Assembly: GCF_014168815.1 (NCBI RefSeq)
Contig: NZ_AP021972.1
Coordinates: forward strand, 4,756,375 to 4,820,374
Reading direction: 5' to 3'
Length of the DNA stretch: 64,000 nt
DNA from: Klebsiella sp. WP3-W18-ESBL-02
GTDB taxonomy: Bacteria; Pseudomonadota; Gammaproteobacteria; Enterobacterales; Enterobacteriaceae
Under the pieces are notes generated by a model. It was not told where the DNA came from. It worked only from the letters and a program-made list of their open reading frames with translations, and made no database searches. Of this stretch, positions 1 through 8,870 are shown one piece after another. A program made the translations under genes and the position numbers. Numbering within the stretch: the stretch's first letter is position 1; every line of letters starts with the position of its first letter.

Positions 1-548
1 GTAATGTTTTTCGGGCCTTCGTCTTTATTGGCGCGGCTCTCGGCGATTTTAAACACCCGGGATTCAGCGAGATCCAGCAGGTCCTCGCTGGTGCGCCCCT
101 GCGGGTTGAAACCGGCTTCGGCAATTTCATTGGCCACCGAGATCATTTCGCGAACGACTGCACGTTCGCGAACAATGTCGGCATAAGCGCTGATATTTGC
201 CGCACTTGGCGTATTTTTTGACAATTCCGCCAGATAGGCGAAGCCGCCGACGCTGTCCAGTTGCCCCTGTCGCTCCAGCGATTCCGCGAGCGTAATCAGG
301 TCTATCGGGCTGCCGCCTTCCTGTAAACGCCCCATCTCCGTAAAGATATGGCGGTGCGGACGGGTGTAGAAATCCTCCGCAACCACGCGTTCAGCGACGT
401 CGTCCCAGCGCTCGTTATCCAGCATCAAACCGCCCAACACCGACTGTTCCGCTTCAATCGAGTGCGGCGGTACTTTCAGCCCTGCCACCTGCGGATCGCG
501 GTCGCGAGCTTCGGCTTGAGGTTTGTTGAAGGGTTTATTTGCTGCCAT
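1..548 (-). CDS. dnaB: Replicative DNA helicase DnaB, N-terminal 182 codons; the gene continues beyond the window start
   Basis: The minus-strand translation starting at the ATG (complement of 546-548) reads MAANKPFNKPQAEARDRDPQVAGLKVPPHSIEAEQSVLGG..., which matches the DnaB N-terminus. It lies divergent from qor as in E. coli. Confidence 0.88.
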   Translation of the reverse strand, partial: MAANKPFNKPQAEARDRDPQVAGLKVPPHSIEAEQSVLGGLMLDNERWDDVAERVVAEDFYTRPHRHIFTEMGRLQEGGSPIDLITLAESLERQGQLDSVGGFAYLAELSKNTPSAANISAYADIVRERAVVREMISVANEIAEAGFNPQGRTSEDLLDLAESRVFKIAESRANKDEGPKNI

Positions 549-614
549 AGTGAATGGTATTACCGAGATAAAGAGTGGGTCGAAAGATTACCACATAATT
601 GTTCAGGAGGAAGC

Positions 615-1598
615 ATGGCAACCCGTATTGAATTTAGCAAACATGGCGGCCCGGACGTGCTCAACGCCGTTGAATTCACCCCTAACGCCCCTGCCGAGAA
701 CGAAGTGCAGGTAGAAAACAAAGCTATCGGCATCAACTACATTGATACCTATATTCGCAGCGGGCTCTATCCGCCGCCATCGCTGCCGAGTGGCCTGGGT
801 ACCGAAGCCGCTGGCGTAGTCAGCCAGGTGGGCAGCAACGTTAAGCATCTCAAGATAGGCGATCGCGTGGTCTACGCGCAGTCGGGCCTTGGCGCTTACA
901 GCTCGGTGCACAACGTCGCGACGGATAAAGTGGCTCTGCTTCCGGCAGCCATCTCCTATGAACAGGCTGCAGCTTCCTTCCTCAAAGGGTTAACCGTCTA
1001 CTATCTGCTGCGTAAAACCTATGAAATTAAGCCCGGCGAACCGTTCCTGTTCCACGCTGCGGCGGGCGGCGTGGGGCTGATTGCCTGCCAGTGGGCGAAA
1101 GCGCTGGGGGCGAAGCTGATTGGCACCGTCGGCAGCGCAGAGAAAGCGAAGCGCGCGCTGCAGGCAGGTGCCTGGCAGGTGATTAACTACCGTGAAGAGA
1201 ACATTGCCGAACGCGTCAAAGAGATAACCGGCGGTAAAAAGCTGCCGGTTGTGTACGACTCGGTGGGGAAAGATACCTGGGAGGCCTCGCTCGACTGCCT
1301 GCAGCGTCGCGGTCTGATGGTCAGCTTCGGCAATTCATCCGGCCCGGTGACCGGCGTGAATCTGGGGATCCTCAATCAGAAAGGCTCGCTGTTCGTGACC
1401 CGTCCTTCCCTCTACGGCTATATCACCACCTACGACGAGCGGAAAGAGGCCAGCCACGAACTGTTCTCACTGATCGCCAGCGGCATTATCAAGGTAGACG
1501 TGGCGGAAAGTCAGAAGTACCCGCTGAAGGAAGCGCGTCGCGCGCATGAGATTCTGGAAAGCCGGGTAACGCAAGGCTCAAGCCTGCTGATTCCTTAA
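615..1598 (+). CDS. qor: NADPH:quinone oxidoreductase (zeta-crystallin family)
   Basis: The 327-aa product MATRIEFSKHGGPDVLNAVEF... matches Qor. An AGGAGG RBS sits at 605-610. The ORF-track extension 348-614 is rejected because it overlaps dnaB on the other strand. Confidence 0.93.
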   Translation: MATRIEFSKHGGPDVLNAVEFTPNAPAENEVQVENKAIGINYIDTYIRSGLYPPPSLPSGLGTEAAGVVSQVGSNVKHLKIGDRVVYAQSGLGAYSSVHNVATDKVALLPAAISYEQAAASFLKGLTVYYLLRKTYEIKPGEPFLFHAAAGGVGLIACQWAKALGAKLIGTVGSAEKAKRALQAGAWQVINYREENIAERVKEITGGKKLPVVYDSVGKDTWEASLDCLQRRGLMVSFGNSSGPVTGVNLGILNQKGSLFVTRPSLYGYITTYDERKEASHELFSLIASGIIKVDVAESQKYPLKEARRAHEILESRVTQGSSLLIP

Positions 1599-1620
1599 GT
1601 GTTTTCACTGCACAAAAGAC

Positions 1621-1653
1621 TAGGGCTTCCCGCAGGAAGCCCTTTCTTTTTTT
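1621..1653. terminator. Bidirectional rho-independent terminator between the convergent qor and pspG genes
   Basis: The hairpin GGGCTTCC-CGCA-GGAAGCCC is flanked by a T-run on the plus strand and an A-run on the other side. Confidence 0.7.
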
Positions 1654-1771
1654 AGTTCGGCTGTATGTAGGGTACAGCGCGATGAATTCGTTATCGGCGG
1701 TAATAGTGACAGATTTATTACGCGGATCCTACGGAGATTTATGCAAAAATATCGAGGTTGTGACACACCCC

Positions 1772-2011
1772 TCAATACCTCCGGTAATTGCTGCGGTACG
1801 GTGGATTTTTCGGCCCATTGATCGCCCGGATAATCCACACCGCTGCCACCGCCAGAATTAACCACGGCAGCAGCTTGATCATCATCGCAAACAATCCGCC
1901 GACGAACATCAGTACCGCCGCCACAACGAGTGCGGCGAGAATGCCAAGCAGGGAAATCCCCGTCACCAGCAGCATCACAAAAAAGCCAATCACAAATAAC
2001 AGTTCCAGCAT
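1772..2011 (-). CDS. pspG: Phage shock protein G (small inner-membrane protein)
   Basis: The 79-aa product MLELLFVIGFFVMLLVTGISLLGILAALVVAAV...KLLPWLILAVAAVWIIRAI matches PspG. It sits next to dusA as in E. coli. Confidence 0.9.
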   Translation of the reverse strand: MLELLFVIGFFVMLLVTGISLLGILAALVVAAVLMFVGGLFAMMIKLLPWLILAVAAVWIIRAINGPKNPPYRSNYRRY

Positions 2012-2053
2012 GGTCGTGCCCCCGGAAAATAGACGTTTCTCTGGTGTGACTAT

Positions 2054-2069
2054 TACAAAAACTGTGCCA
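2054..2069 (-). promoter_or_regulatory. sigma54 (-24/-12) promoter of pspG
   Basis: The minus strand reads TGGCAC-AGTTT-TTGTA, about 45 nt upstream of the pspG ATG. pspG is a known PspF/sigma54 target. Confidence 0.6.
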
Positions 2070-2073
2070 AAAA

Positions 2074-2086
2074 TAACTTATTGATT
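2074..2086 (-). promoter_or_regulatory. Putative IHF site upstream of the pspG sigma54 promoter
   Basis: The minus strand reads AATCAATAAGTTA, which fits WATCAANNNNTTR, immediately upstream of the -24 element. Confidence 0.45.
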
Positions 2087-2152
2087 ATCAACAAAAAAGC
2101 CCCGCGACAATGCGCAGGGCGTGGTGAATTTGACCAGATTTTAGCGAAAAAT

Positions 2153-3151
2153 TTAGCGCTTATCGGCCACCAGCTTCAGCGCATGCTCCAGTACGTTAAT
2201 ATCGGCCCCGGCCTTGTGCGCGTTTTCGCTCAGATAGCGACGCCATTGGCGCGCACCGGGGATGCCCTGGAACAGCCCCAGCATGTGACGAGTGATATGT
2301 CCAAGATAGGTGCCGTTGCTCAGCTCACGCTCGATGTACGGATACATCGCGCGCACCACCGCCACCGGGTCGGCATCAACGTCGGTGGCGCCGAAGATTT
2401 CACGATCGACCGACGCCAGGATACCCGGGTTTTGATAGGCTTCACGGCCCACCATCACGCCGTCCATATGTTCCAGATGCGCCCTGGCCTCTTCCAGCGA
2501 TTTAATGCCGCCGTTGATGGACATCGTCAGATGCGGGAAATCGCGCTTGAGCTGATACACACGCGGGTAGTCCAGCGGTGGAATTTCGCGGTTCTCTTTC
2601 GGGCTCAGGCCTGAAAGCCAGGCTTTACGGGCGTGGATGATAAACATCTCACATTCGCCGCGGCCGGAAACCGTGTCGATGAAGTCGCAGAGGAATTCAT
2701 AGCTGTCCTGATCGTCAATACCAATACGGGTTTTCACCGTCACCGGAATGGACACCACGTCGCGCATCGCCTTGACGCAGTCTGCCACCAGCAGCGCGTT
2801 GCCCATCAGGCAGGCGCCAAACATACCGTTCTGTACGCGATCGGACGGGCAACCGACGTTAAGGTTGATTTCGTTATAGCCGCGTTCCTGCGCAAGCGCG
2901 GCACACTGCGCCAGCGCCGCCGGGTCGCTGCCGCCAAGCTGCAGGGCAACCGGATGCTCTTCTTCGCTATACGCCAGATAATCGCCCTTACCGTGAATAA
3001 TTGCCCCGGTCGTCACCATTTCGGTATACAGCAGCGTGTGCCGGGACAGCAGGCGCAAGAAGTAGCGGCAGTGCCTGTCGGTCCAGTCGAGCATCGGCGC
3101 GATGGAGAAACGGTGAGCGGGGAAAGTAGCGGTCGAGGATTCTGACAACAT
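2153..3151 (-). CDS. dusA: tRNA-dihydrouridine(20/20a) synthase DusA
   Basis: The 332-aa product contains ...[22 protein letters not shown]...[12 protein letters not shown]..., diagnostic of DusA. Confidence 0.93.
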   Translation of the reverse strand: MLSESSTATFPAHRFSIAPMLDWTDRHCRYFLRLLSRHTLLYTEMVTTGAIIHGKGDYLAYSEEEHPVALQLGGSDPAALAQCAALAQERGYNEINLNVGCPSDRVQNGMFGACLMGNALLVADCVKAMRDVVSIPVTVKTRIGIDDQDSYEFLCDFIDTVSGRGECEMFIIHARKAWLSGLSPKENREIPPLDYPRVYQLKRDFPHLTMSINGGIKSLEEARAHLEHMDGVMVGREAYQNPGILASVDREIFGATDVDADPVAVVRAMYPYIERELSNGTYLGHITRHMLGLFQGIPGARQWRRYLSENAHKAGADINVLEHALKLVADKR

Positions 3152-3255
3152 GGTGATTATTTAAGCATCCGGAAAAATGGGCGGCTACTATAGCACAAAC
3201 CTTGAGCGCGGATGTAGCGAATCCCCGGTGGGTAACACGCTGGCAGCTGGGGTAA

Positions 3256-3331
3256 GCCTGATAAGCACAGCGCCATCAGGCGGTCCAGCGCACGTTGCCG
3301 GATGGCGACGTAAACGCCTTATCCGGCCTAC
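3256..3331. repeat. REP/BIME element with two inverted REP units
   Basis: GCCTGATAAGCACAGCGCCATCAGGC is followed by GCCGGATGGCGACGTAAACGCCTTATCCGGCCTAC, a canonical enterobacterial REP. Confidence 0.8.
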
Positions 3332-3342
3332 AAGATCCGTGG

Positions 3343-4590
3343 TCAGAACATGACGCTAAGCTGCATCCCCGCCCCCCAGGTTTGCTCTTCGCCGTACAGT
3401 CCCATCAGATCGACGTGCACCCGATTAAAGGGCGCAAAGCCGACGCCGCCAGTAAAGACGTTGCTGTCGTTATTTTTTACATCAGCGCGATAACCCGCGC
3501 GCACCGCCAGCCAGTCCAGCGGGCGCACTTCTGCGCCAACGCCTACGTACTGCGACGCCTCTTCACTTTTAAAGCCCTTGGTTTGCGTCAAATCACCATC
3601 GACGCTTAAGGTCACGAGATCGGTGTGCCAGGCCCCCCCAGCGGTCACCAGTGGACGTATCTGGTAGGTATCGCGCACGCCGGCCACTTCTTTGGTATCA
3701 ATATCGCGCGAGAACAGGTTTTGCCCGCTGAGCCCCACCGTCCAGCTCTCGCCAAAATCGGCAGTCATCCCGGCATCGACGTTAAAGCCCGTATCATCAT
3801 TGCGATAGCGGCTGCTGTTGATGTCGTCGCTGCTGAAGTTGTAGATAGAGACGGTGTAGTTATAGAGCCAGGTTTGCTGGAGCTTCGGCGTAACGCCCAG
3901 TGAAATCGGTACGCCGCCAGGATTAAACTGACGGGCCATCGCCACGCCGTAGTCAGAGACGATCGCTGCGCGGCCAAATCCCTGTGATTTCAGATTGTTG
4001 GGATCGACCGCCAGCACGCTGGCCGGCACCGCCTGCACGCGGCGCAGCGTGTCGATGTCACCCTGGTCGATATACGAGCTGAGGCGCGCGCGCGCGTTGG
4101 CCTTTGCCACAAACGCCACCGCCAGTACATCGTTCGGCACTGCCACCACCATCCCTGCCCCCGCTTTCGCGCTGGCAGTTTTGCCCTTCAGGGATGATAG
4201 CCGATCCGCCAGATCCCCCGCCGCACCGGACACCTGACGATAACCCGGGCTGCCGGGGACAAACAGCTGCACCGGATTCACACCGTTGAGCGCTTTACGG
4301 TAGCCATTCACATCGTCGCTGATATCGTCGATTTCGCTGCGCAGATCGTCCTTATCGGATATCTGCGCGCCGATCGTCGGAAAAACCAGCGTCACCGCGT
4401 CGTCAGGCTGCGACCTGGCCAGCAGCGCGGGGTTAATCAGCGCCCCGCTGGCGTACGGCGCCGAAGCCACCCCCGTGCCACCCATCGCATCGCTTCGGGC
4501 CTCAACCCAGCCGTTTGCCGCCTCTGCCGGCCCTGCCATAATGAAAGAGACAGCGATCCCCATCAGCGAAAATTTGTCGTTTTTTTTCAC
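3343..4590 (-). CDS. Secreted outer-membrane beta-barrel protein, TraF-like/FadL-like family; not present at this position in E. coli K-12
   Basis: The ORF 3343-4641 has a probable GTG start at 4590, giving a signal peptide MKKNDKFSLMGIAVSFIMAGPAEA-ANG. The C-terminal residue is F, typical of OM barrels. The family assignment is from memory only. Confidence 0.55.
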   Translation of the reverse strand: MKKNDKFSLMGIAVSFIMAGPAEAANGWVEARSDAMGGTGVASAPYASGALINPALLARSQPDDAVTLVFPTIGAQISDKDDLRSEIDDISDDVNGYRKALNGVNPVQLFVPGSPGYRQVSGAAGDLADRLSSLKGKTASAKAGAGMVVAVPNDVLAVAFVAKANARARLSSYIDQGDIDTLRRVQAVPASVLAVDPNNLKSQGFGRAAIVSDYGVAMARQFNPGGVPISLGVTPKLQQTWLYNYTVSIYNFSSDDINSSRYRNDDTGFNVDAGMTADFGESWTVGLSGQNLFSRDIDTKEVAGVRDTYQIRPLVTAGGAWHTDLVTLSVDGDLTQTKGFKSEEASQYVGVGAEVRPLDWLAVRAGYRADVKNNDSNVFTGGVGFAPFNRVHVDLMGLYGEEQTWGAGMQLSVMF

Positions 4591-4762
4591 AGTTTGCTCG
4601 TCTTGTTGTCTGTTATGAAACAATCCCCCCTTCGTTATCACCTGAACGGGGGCGAACTATTGCTGTGAATAACGGGACAAAAAGCGTTCTGTTCCCTTAA
4701 CTGAAATTTTCTACAAGCTGGTTATTATTAATAAGCACCCTAATCTTTTATAGAAGATAAGA

Positions 4763-5254
4763 TTACTTTCGCCCAGGTTTTCCGTCGTGCGGGCCAAAAA
4801 ATTGCGGTGGGTGATCCACCCAGCGGTCTTCGCGCGTGACGGCATAAGCAGCGTTCAACGGGTAGTAAATACGGTTATGCTTTTTGTTGGCTTCACCCAC
4901 CACCAGCAGCCGTACCTCTTCGCTGGTGTTGTTGATGAAGGTATGGCATACGCCGGTTCCGGCCGGAAAACCAACGCTGTCACCCGGTTCAAGTTTCCAC
5001 AAATAGCCGTTAATCCACGCCTGTGGATAGCCTTCCAGCACATAGATAAACTCTTCCTCGTCGCTTTCGGCGTGCGGATACGAGGTGCGGCGGCCGGGCG
5101 GTAATCGTTCGTGGTGAATGCCGATATGCCTGAGCCCCAGCGCACGGGCCAGCGGCGCACCGATGGCAAAACGCTCGTCGCTGTCGGGATAAGTGGAGTC
5201 GTCGGGTCCTTCAACATCGCGCCAATGGCGAATACAGTCGGGTCTTTTCATCAT
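4763..5254 (-). CDS. Cupin-domain protein (cupin_2 fold)
   Basis: The 163-aa product has a cupin motif region ...EFIYVLEGYPQAWINGYLWKLEPGDSVGFPAGTGVCHTF.... An AGGATGA RBS lies upstream of the ATG. Confidence 0.65.
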   Translation of the reverse strand: MMKRPDCIRHWRDVEGPDDSTYPDSDERFAIGAPLARALGLRHIGIHHERLPPGRRTSYPHAESDEEEFIYVLEGYPQAWINGYLWKLEPGDSVGFPAGTGVCHTFINNTSEEVRLLVVGEANKKHNRIYYPLNAAYAVTREDRWVDHPPQFFGPHDGKPGRK

Positions 5255-5377
5255 TTTTCATCCTGAGTGTGAAGTTCACCTGCTATAACACACCTATAGC
5301 ACACCTGTGGAAACTCGGTGTTTCCGGCATAACATGGTAAAGTAGGGGTTTATTTCACCCGTAACTCGAGGACGCCA

Positions 5378-5893
5378 ATGGATAAGACCACCACGCAAGA
5401 ACTGTTAGCGCAGGCTGAGAAGCTGTGCGCGCAACGCGGCGTGCGCCTGACTCCGCAACGTCTGGAAGTGTTGCGCCTGATGAGCCTGCAGGAAGGGGCG
5501 ATTAGCGCCTATGACCTGCTGGACCTGCTGCGCGAGAAAGAACCCCAGGCCAAACCGCCAACCGTCTATCGCGCGCTGGAGTTTCTGCTTGAGCAAGGCT
5601 TCGTACACAAGGTGGAATCCGCCAACAGCTACGTGCTCTGTCATCTGTTCGATCAGCCGACGCATACCTCCGCGATGTTTATCTGCGATCGCTGCGGCGT
5701 GGTGAAAGAAGAGTGTGCAGAAGGGGTGGAAGATATCATGCATACGCTGGCGGCGAAAATGGGCTTTGCCCTACGCCACAACGTCATTGAGGCCCATGGC
5801 CTATGCTCTGCCTGCGTCGAGGTTGAAGCCTGCCGCGCGCATGAGCACTGTCATCACGACCATACCATTCAGTTGAAGAAAAAGGCCCGCTAA
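5378..5893 (+). CDS. zur: Zinc uptake regulator Zur (Fur family)
   Basis: MDKTTTQELLAQAEKLCAQRGVRLTPQRLEVLRLMS... is nearly identical to E. coli Zur (171 aa). Confidence 0.94.
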   Translation: MDKTTTQELLAQAEKLCAQRGVRLTPQRLEVLRLMSLQEGAISAYDLLDLLREKEPQAKPPTVYRALEFLLEQGFVHKVESANSYVLCHLFDQPTHTSAMFICDRCGVVKEECAEGVEDIMHTLAAKMGFALRHNVIEAHGLCSACVEVEACRAHEHCHHDHTIQLKKKAR

Positions 5894-5946
5894 CCGAGCG
5901 ATTAGCGGGGGGAGTACATCCGTGTACTCCGGGCAGGAGAAGCGCG

Positions 5947-6156
5947 TTACCAGCGGATATTGTGGCGTTTATCCCAGCTGTCGACCTCTTTTTCTGCCTG
6001 ATCTTTCGCGTATCCGTAGCGTTCCTGAATTTTACCGACCAGCTGGTCGCGTTTGCCTTCGATCACCGTCATATCATCGTCGGTGAGTTTGCCCCATTGC
6101 TCTTTCACTTTACCTTTAACCTGTTTCCAGTTACCGCCGATTTCGTCTTTATTCAT
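5947..6156 (-). CDS. yjbJ: CsbD-family stress protein YjbJ
   Basis: The 69-aa product MNKDEIGGNWKQVKGKVKEQWGKLTDDD... matches YjbJ. Confidence 0.88.
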   Translation of the reverse strand: MNKDEIGGNWKQVKGKVKEQWGKLTDDDMTVIEGKRDQLVGKIQERYGYAKDQAEKEVDSWDKRHNIRW

Positions 6157-6280
6157 CGTCGAATCCTCGATCGTCAGTGAGTGAATAGCGAAAGAGACAC
6201 GTTCTTTTTCGCTAAGCGTGAGGTTAATTGTAGTCAGTCATTCTGGGTTCATTTCACTATTCGGAATCTTTAACCATTTC

Positions 6281-7600
6281 TCAGGAAAACCAGCTATTGT
6301 TTCGCCAATGGCGACGCCAGATATACGCCAGCGACAGCCCGCGCAGCGCGAGGAATACAGCCAGCGCCAGCCACAGCCCGTGGTTGCCGAGCAGCGGCAG
6401 CGCCAGCAGCGTTAGCGCAAAGCCTAAGGCGGCCACCGCCATACTGTTTCGCATTTCAGCGCCGCGCGTTGCGCCGATAAACATCCCGTCCAGCAAATAG
6501 CACCACACGCCGATCGCCGGCAGCACAACCTGCCAGAGCACATAGCGATCGGCAAGCTGCTGCAGTTCAGGTAGCGACGTTAACAGCGCGACAATCTGTT
6601 GCCCCAGCAGCGCGTACACCAGCGCAAAGGCCAGCGCGACCACGCCCGCCTGACGGCATGCGGCGTGCCAGACCTCCAGCAGCTTGCTGCCATCGCGCGC
6701 CCCGAAAGCCTGCCCGGAATGGGCCTCCACCGCGTAGGCAAAGCCGTCCAGCGCATAGGCTGTAAACGTCAGCATGGTCATCAGCACCGCGTTTACCGCC
6801 ACCACGTCGCCGCCGAGGCGCGCACCGAAAACGGTCACCGCACCAAAGCACAGCTGTAACAGCAGGGAACGCAGCATAATGTCGCGGTTCAGCGCCAGCA
6901 GACGGCGAATGTTGCCGCGCCAGGCGTTTTTCAGCATCAGCCAACTGATGCCCCGCATCACCAGCACCTTGCGGACCATCACCAGCCCGACCAGCAGCGT
7001 GGCGTATTCGGCAAGCGCCGTCGCCAGCGCCGCCCCCTGTACGCTCATGTGCAGCCCCATCACCAGCCATAGGTCGAGCACGATATTCAGGACATTGCCC
7101 ACCACCAGTAAAACAACCGGCGCACGAGCGTACTGTACGCCCAGCAGCCAGCCCAGCAGCACAAGGTTAGCCAGCGCCGCGGGGGCGCTGAGCCAGCGGA
7201 TGGTCAGAAAACGCCGCGCCTGCTCCAGCACCTCGCCGCTGCCGCCAACGATGGAGAGCGCCAGATTGATCAGCGGCGTTTTCAGCAGAATAATCAGCAG
7301 CCCGGCCCCCAGCGCCAGCATGAGCGGCTGCACCAGCGCGCGAGCCAGCGCCTGCGGATCCTTCGCACCAAACGCCTGTGCCGTCAGACCGGTCGTGCTC
7401 ATGCGCAAAAACAGCAGCAGCATAAACAGGAAGCTGGTCGCGGTCGCGCCAATCGCCACCCCGCCCAGATAAACAGGGCTATCGAGATGACCAATCACGG
7501 CGGTGTCCACCAGCCCGAGCAACGGGACGGTAATGTTGGAGAAAATCATGGGTAGCGCAAGGCGCCACAGGGCCTTATCGGCGGAGGTAAGTAGCGGCAT
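6281..7600 (-). CDS. dinF: MATE-family efflux protein DinF (SOS regulon, co-transcribed with lexA)
   Basis: The 439-aa polytopic membrane protein MPLLTSADKALWRLALPMIFSNITVPLLGLVDTAVIGHL... matches DinF. It lies 65 nt downstream of lexA. Confidence 0.92.
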   Translation of the reverse strand: MPLLTSADKALWRLALPMIFSNITVPLLGLVDTAVIGHLDSPVYLGGVAIGATATSFLFMLLLFLRMSTTGLTAQAFGAKDPQALARALVQPLMLALGAGLLIILLKTPLINLALSIVGGSGEVLEQARRFLTIRWLSAPAALANLVLLGWLLGVQYARAPVVLLVVGNVLNIVLDLWLVMGLHMSVQGAALATALAEYATLLVGLVMVRKVLVMRGISWLMLKNAWRGNIRRLLALNRDIMLRSLLLQLCFGAVTVFGARLGGDVVAVNAVLMTMLTFTAYALDGFAYAVEAHSGQAFGARDGSKLLEVWHAACRQAGVVALAFALVYALLGQQIVALLTSLPELQQLADRYVLWQVVLPAIGVWCYLLDGMFIGATRGAEMRNSMAVAALGFALTLLALPLLGNHGLWLALAVFLALRGLSLAYIWRRHWRNNSWFS

Positions 7601-7665
7601 GAGTGTCGACCAGAAAGGAAAAAGACGGCGATACGGGGCGTATCGCCGTCATGAGAAAGCGGGTG

Positions 7666-8274
7666 TTACAGCCATTCGCCGTTGCGAATAACGCCAACGG
7701 CCAGTCCTTCGATCGAGAAATTCTGCTGGCGCAGATCGACCACGATAGGTTTAAATTCGCTGTTTTCCGGCAGCAGTTCGACGACGTTACCCTGTTTTTT
7801 CAGGCGTTTCACCGTCACTTCTTCATCAATGCGCGCGACCACAACCTGGCCGTTACGCACGTCCTGCGTTTTATGCACGGCAAGGAGGTCGCCGTCCATA
7901 ATACCGATGTCTTTCATCGACATGCCGCTGACGCGAAGCAGGAAGTCGGCGCTGGGTTTAAACAGCGAGGGATCGACCTGATAATGACCTTCGATATGCT
8001 GCTGCGCCAGCAACGGCTCACCCGCCGCGACGCGGCCCACCAGCGGCAGGCCCTCTTCTTCTTCCACCAGCAGGCGGATACCGCGAGAAGCGCCGGATAC
8101 AATCTCAATGACACCTTTACGCGCCAGCGCTTTCAGGTGCTCTTCAGCCGCGTTCGGGGAACGGAACCCCAAGCGCTGAGCAATTTCCGCACGCGTCGGC
8201 GGCATGCCCGTCTGGCTGATATGATCCCGGATGAGATCAAACACCTCTTGCTGCCTGGTCGTTAACGCTTTCAT
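7666..8274 (-). CDS. lexA: LexA repressor
   Basis: [54 protein letters not shown]... (202 aa) matches LexA. Confidence 0.97.
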   Translation of the reverse strand: MKALTTRQQEVFDLIRDHISQTGMPPTRAEIAQRLGFRSPNAAEEHLKALARKGVIEIVSGASRGIRLLVEEEEGLPLVGRVAAGEPLLAQQHIEGHYQVDPSLFKPSADFLLRVSGMSMKDIGIMDGDLLAVHKTQDVRNGQVVVARIDEEVTVKRLKKQGNVVELLPENSEFKPIVVDLRQQNFSIEGLAVGVIRNGEWL

Positions 8275-8282
8275 TCCGCCCC

Positions 8283-8298
8283 CTGGGTGTATATACAG
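8283..8298 (-). promoter_or_regulatory. LexA (SOS) box 1 in the lexA promoter
   Basis: The plus strand reads ctgggtgtatatacag, so the minus strand reads CTGTATATACACCCAG, which fits the CTGT-N8-ACAG SOS box. Confidence 0.9.
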
Positions 8299-8304
8299 TT
8301 ATGC

Positions 8305-8320
8305 TGTGAGTATATACAGC
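8305..8320 (-). promoter_or_regulatory. LexA (SOS) box 2 in the lexA promoter
   Basis: The plus strand reads ctgtgagtatatacag, so the minus strand reads CTGTATATACTCACAG. The tandem SOS boxes match E. coli lexA. Confidence 0.9.
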
Positions 8321-8373
8321 TAGTGTCTATTTTGAAACCATAAAACGCACGAAATCAGGCAGTTTTCACAGCT

Positions 8374-8742
8374 TTAGTGGAAATGCGCCCACAGCAGCAT
8401 GCCCCAAGTGATCAGCGCGACAAAAATCGCCAGCAGCACCGCCGCCGACCCCATGTCTTTTGCCCGTCCGGACAGTTCGTGATACTCCGAGCCAATGCGA
8501 TCGACTACGGCTTCCAGCGCACTATTGAGAATTTCCACTATCATCACCAACAGGACGGAACCGATAAGCAGCACGCGGGTAATCGCATCGACATCCAACC
8601 AGCAGGCGATGATAATCGCCAGCACCGACGCGACGCCCTCCTGGCGGAATGCGGCTTCGTTGATCCACGCCGCGCGAAATCCTTTCCAGGAATAGCCCGC
8701 TGCTTTGATGATTCGGGTGAGCCCGGTGGTATTATTGGCCAT
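8374..8742 (-). CDS. dgkA: Diacylglycerol kinase
   Basis: MANNTTGLTRIIKAAGYSWKGFRAAWINEAAFRQEG... (122 aa) matches DgkA. The ORF-track N-terminal extension is rejected. Confidence 0.92.
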   Translation of the reverse strand: MANNTTGLTRIIKAAGYSWKGFRAAWINEAAFRQEGVASVLAIIIACWLDVDAITRVLLIGSVLLVMIVEILNSALEAVVDRIGSEYHELSGRAKDMGSAAVLLAIFVALITWGMLLWAHFH

Positions 8743-8870
8743 CTCAAGAACCTTTTTTGTTATTACGTCAATGACAATGCGAGTTATGCAGCGGTAGAAC
8801 AGAAATTCTGCTGACTTTCTGATATTCTTGCCGCGCATTTGCATGATTAACCAGAGGCTTTACATCGTTT

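Noticed and set aside
348-614. The N-terminal 89-codon extension of the qor ORF in the ORF track (MAVRTGVEIL...)
   Set aside because: It lies entirely inside dnaB on the opposite strand and has no homology. qor begins at ATG 615 with a perfect AGGAGG RBS.
4627-4654. A possible terminator hairpin (CCCCC...GGGGG) between the cupin gene and the TraF-like gene
   Set aside because: The stem is imperfect and the trailing U-run is weak. It also overlaps the putative RBS of the downstream gene, so it was not listed as a feature.
5281-5340. A canonical Zur box upstream of zur or the cupin gene
   Set aside because: The inverted repeats present (GCTATA-N7-TATAGC and GGAAAC-N5-GTTTCC) do not match the head-to-head TGTTATA-N-TATAACA Zur consensus. 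They are reported only as unexplained palindromes.
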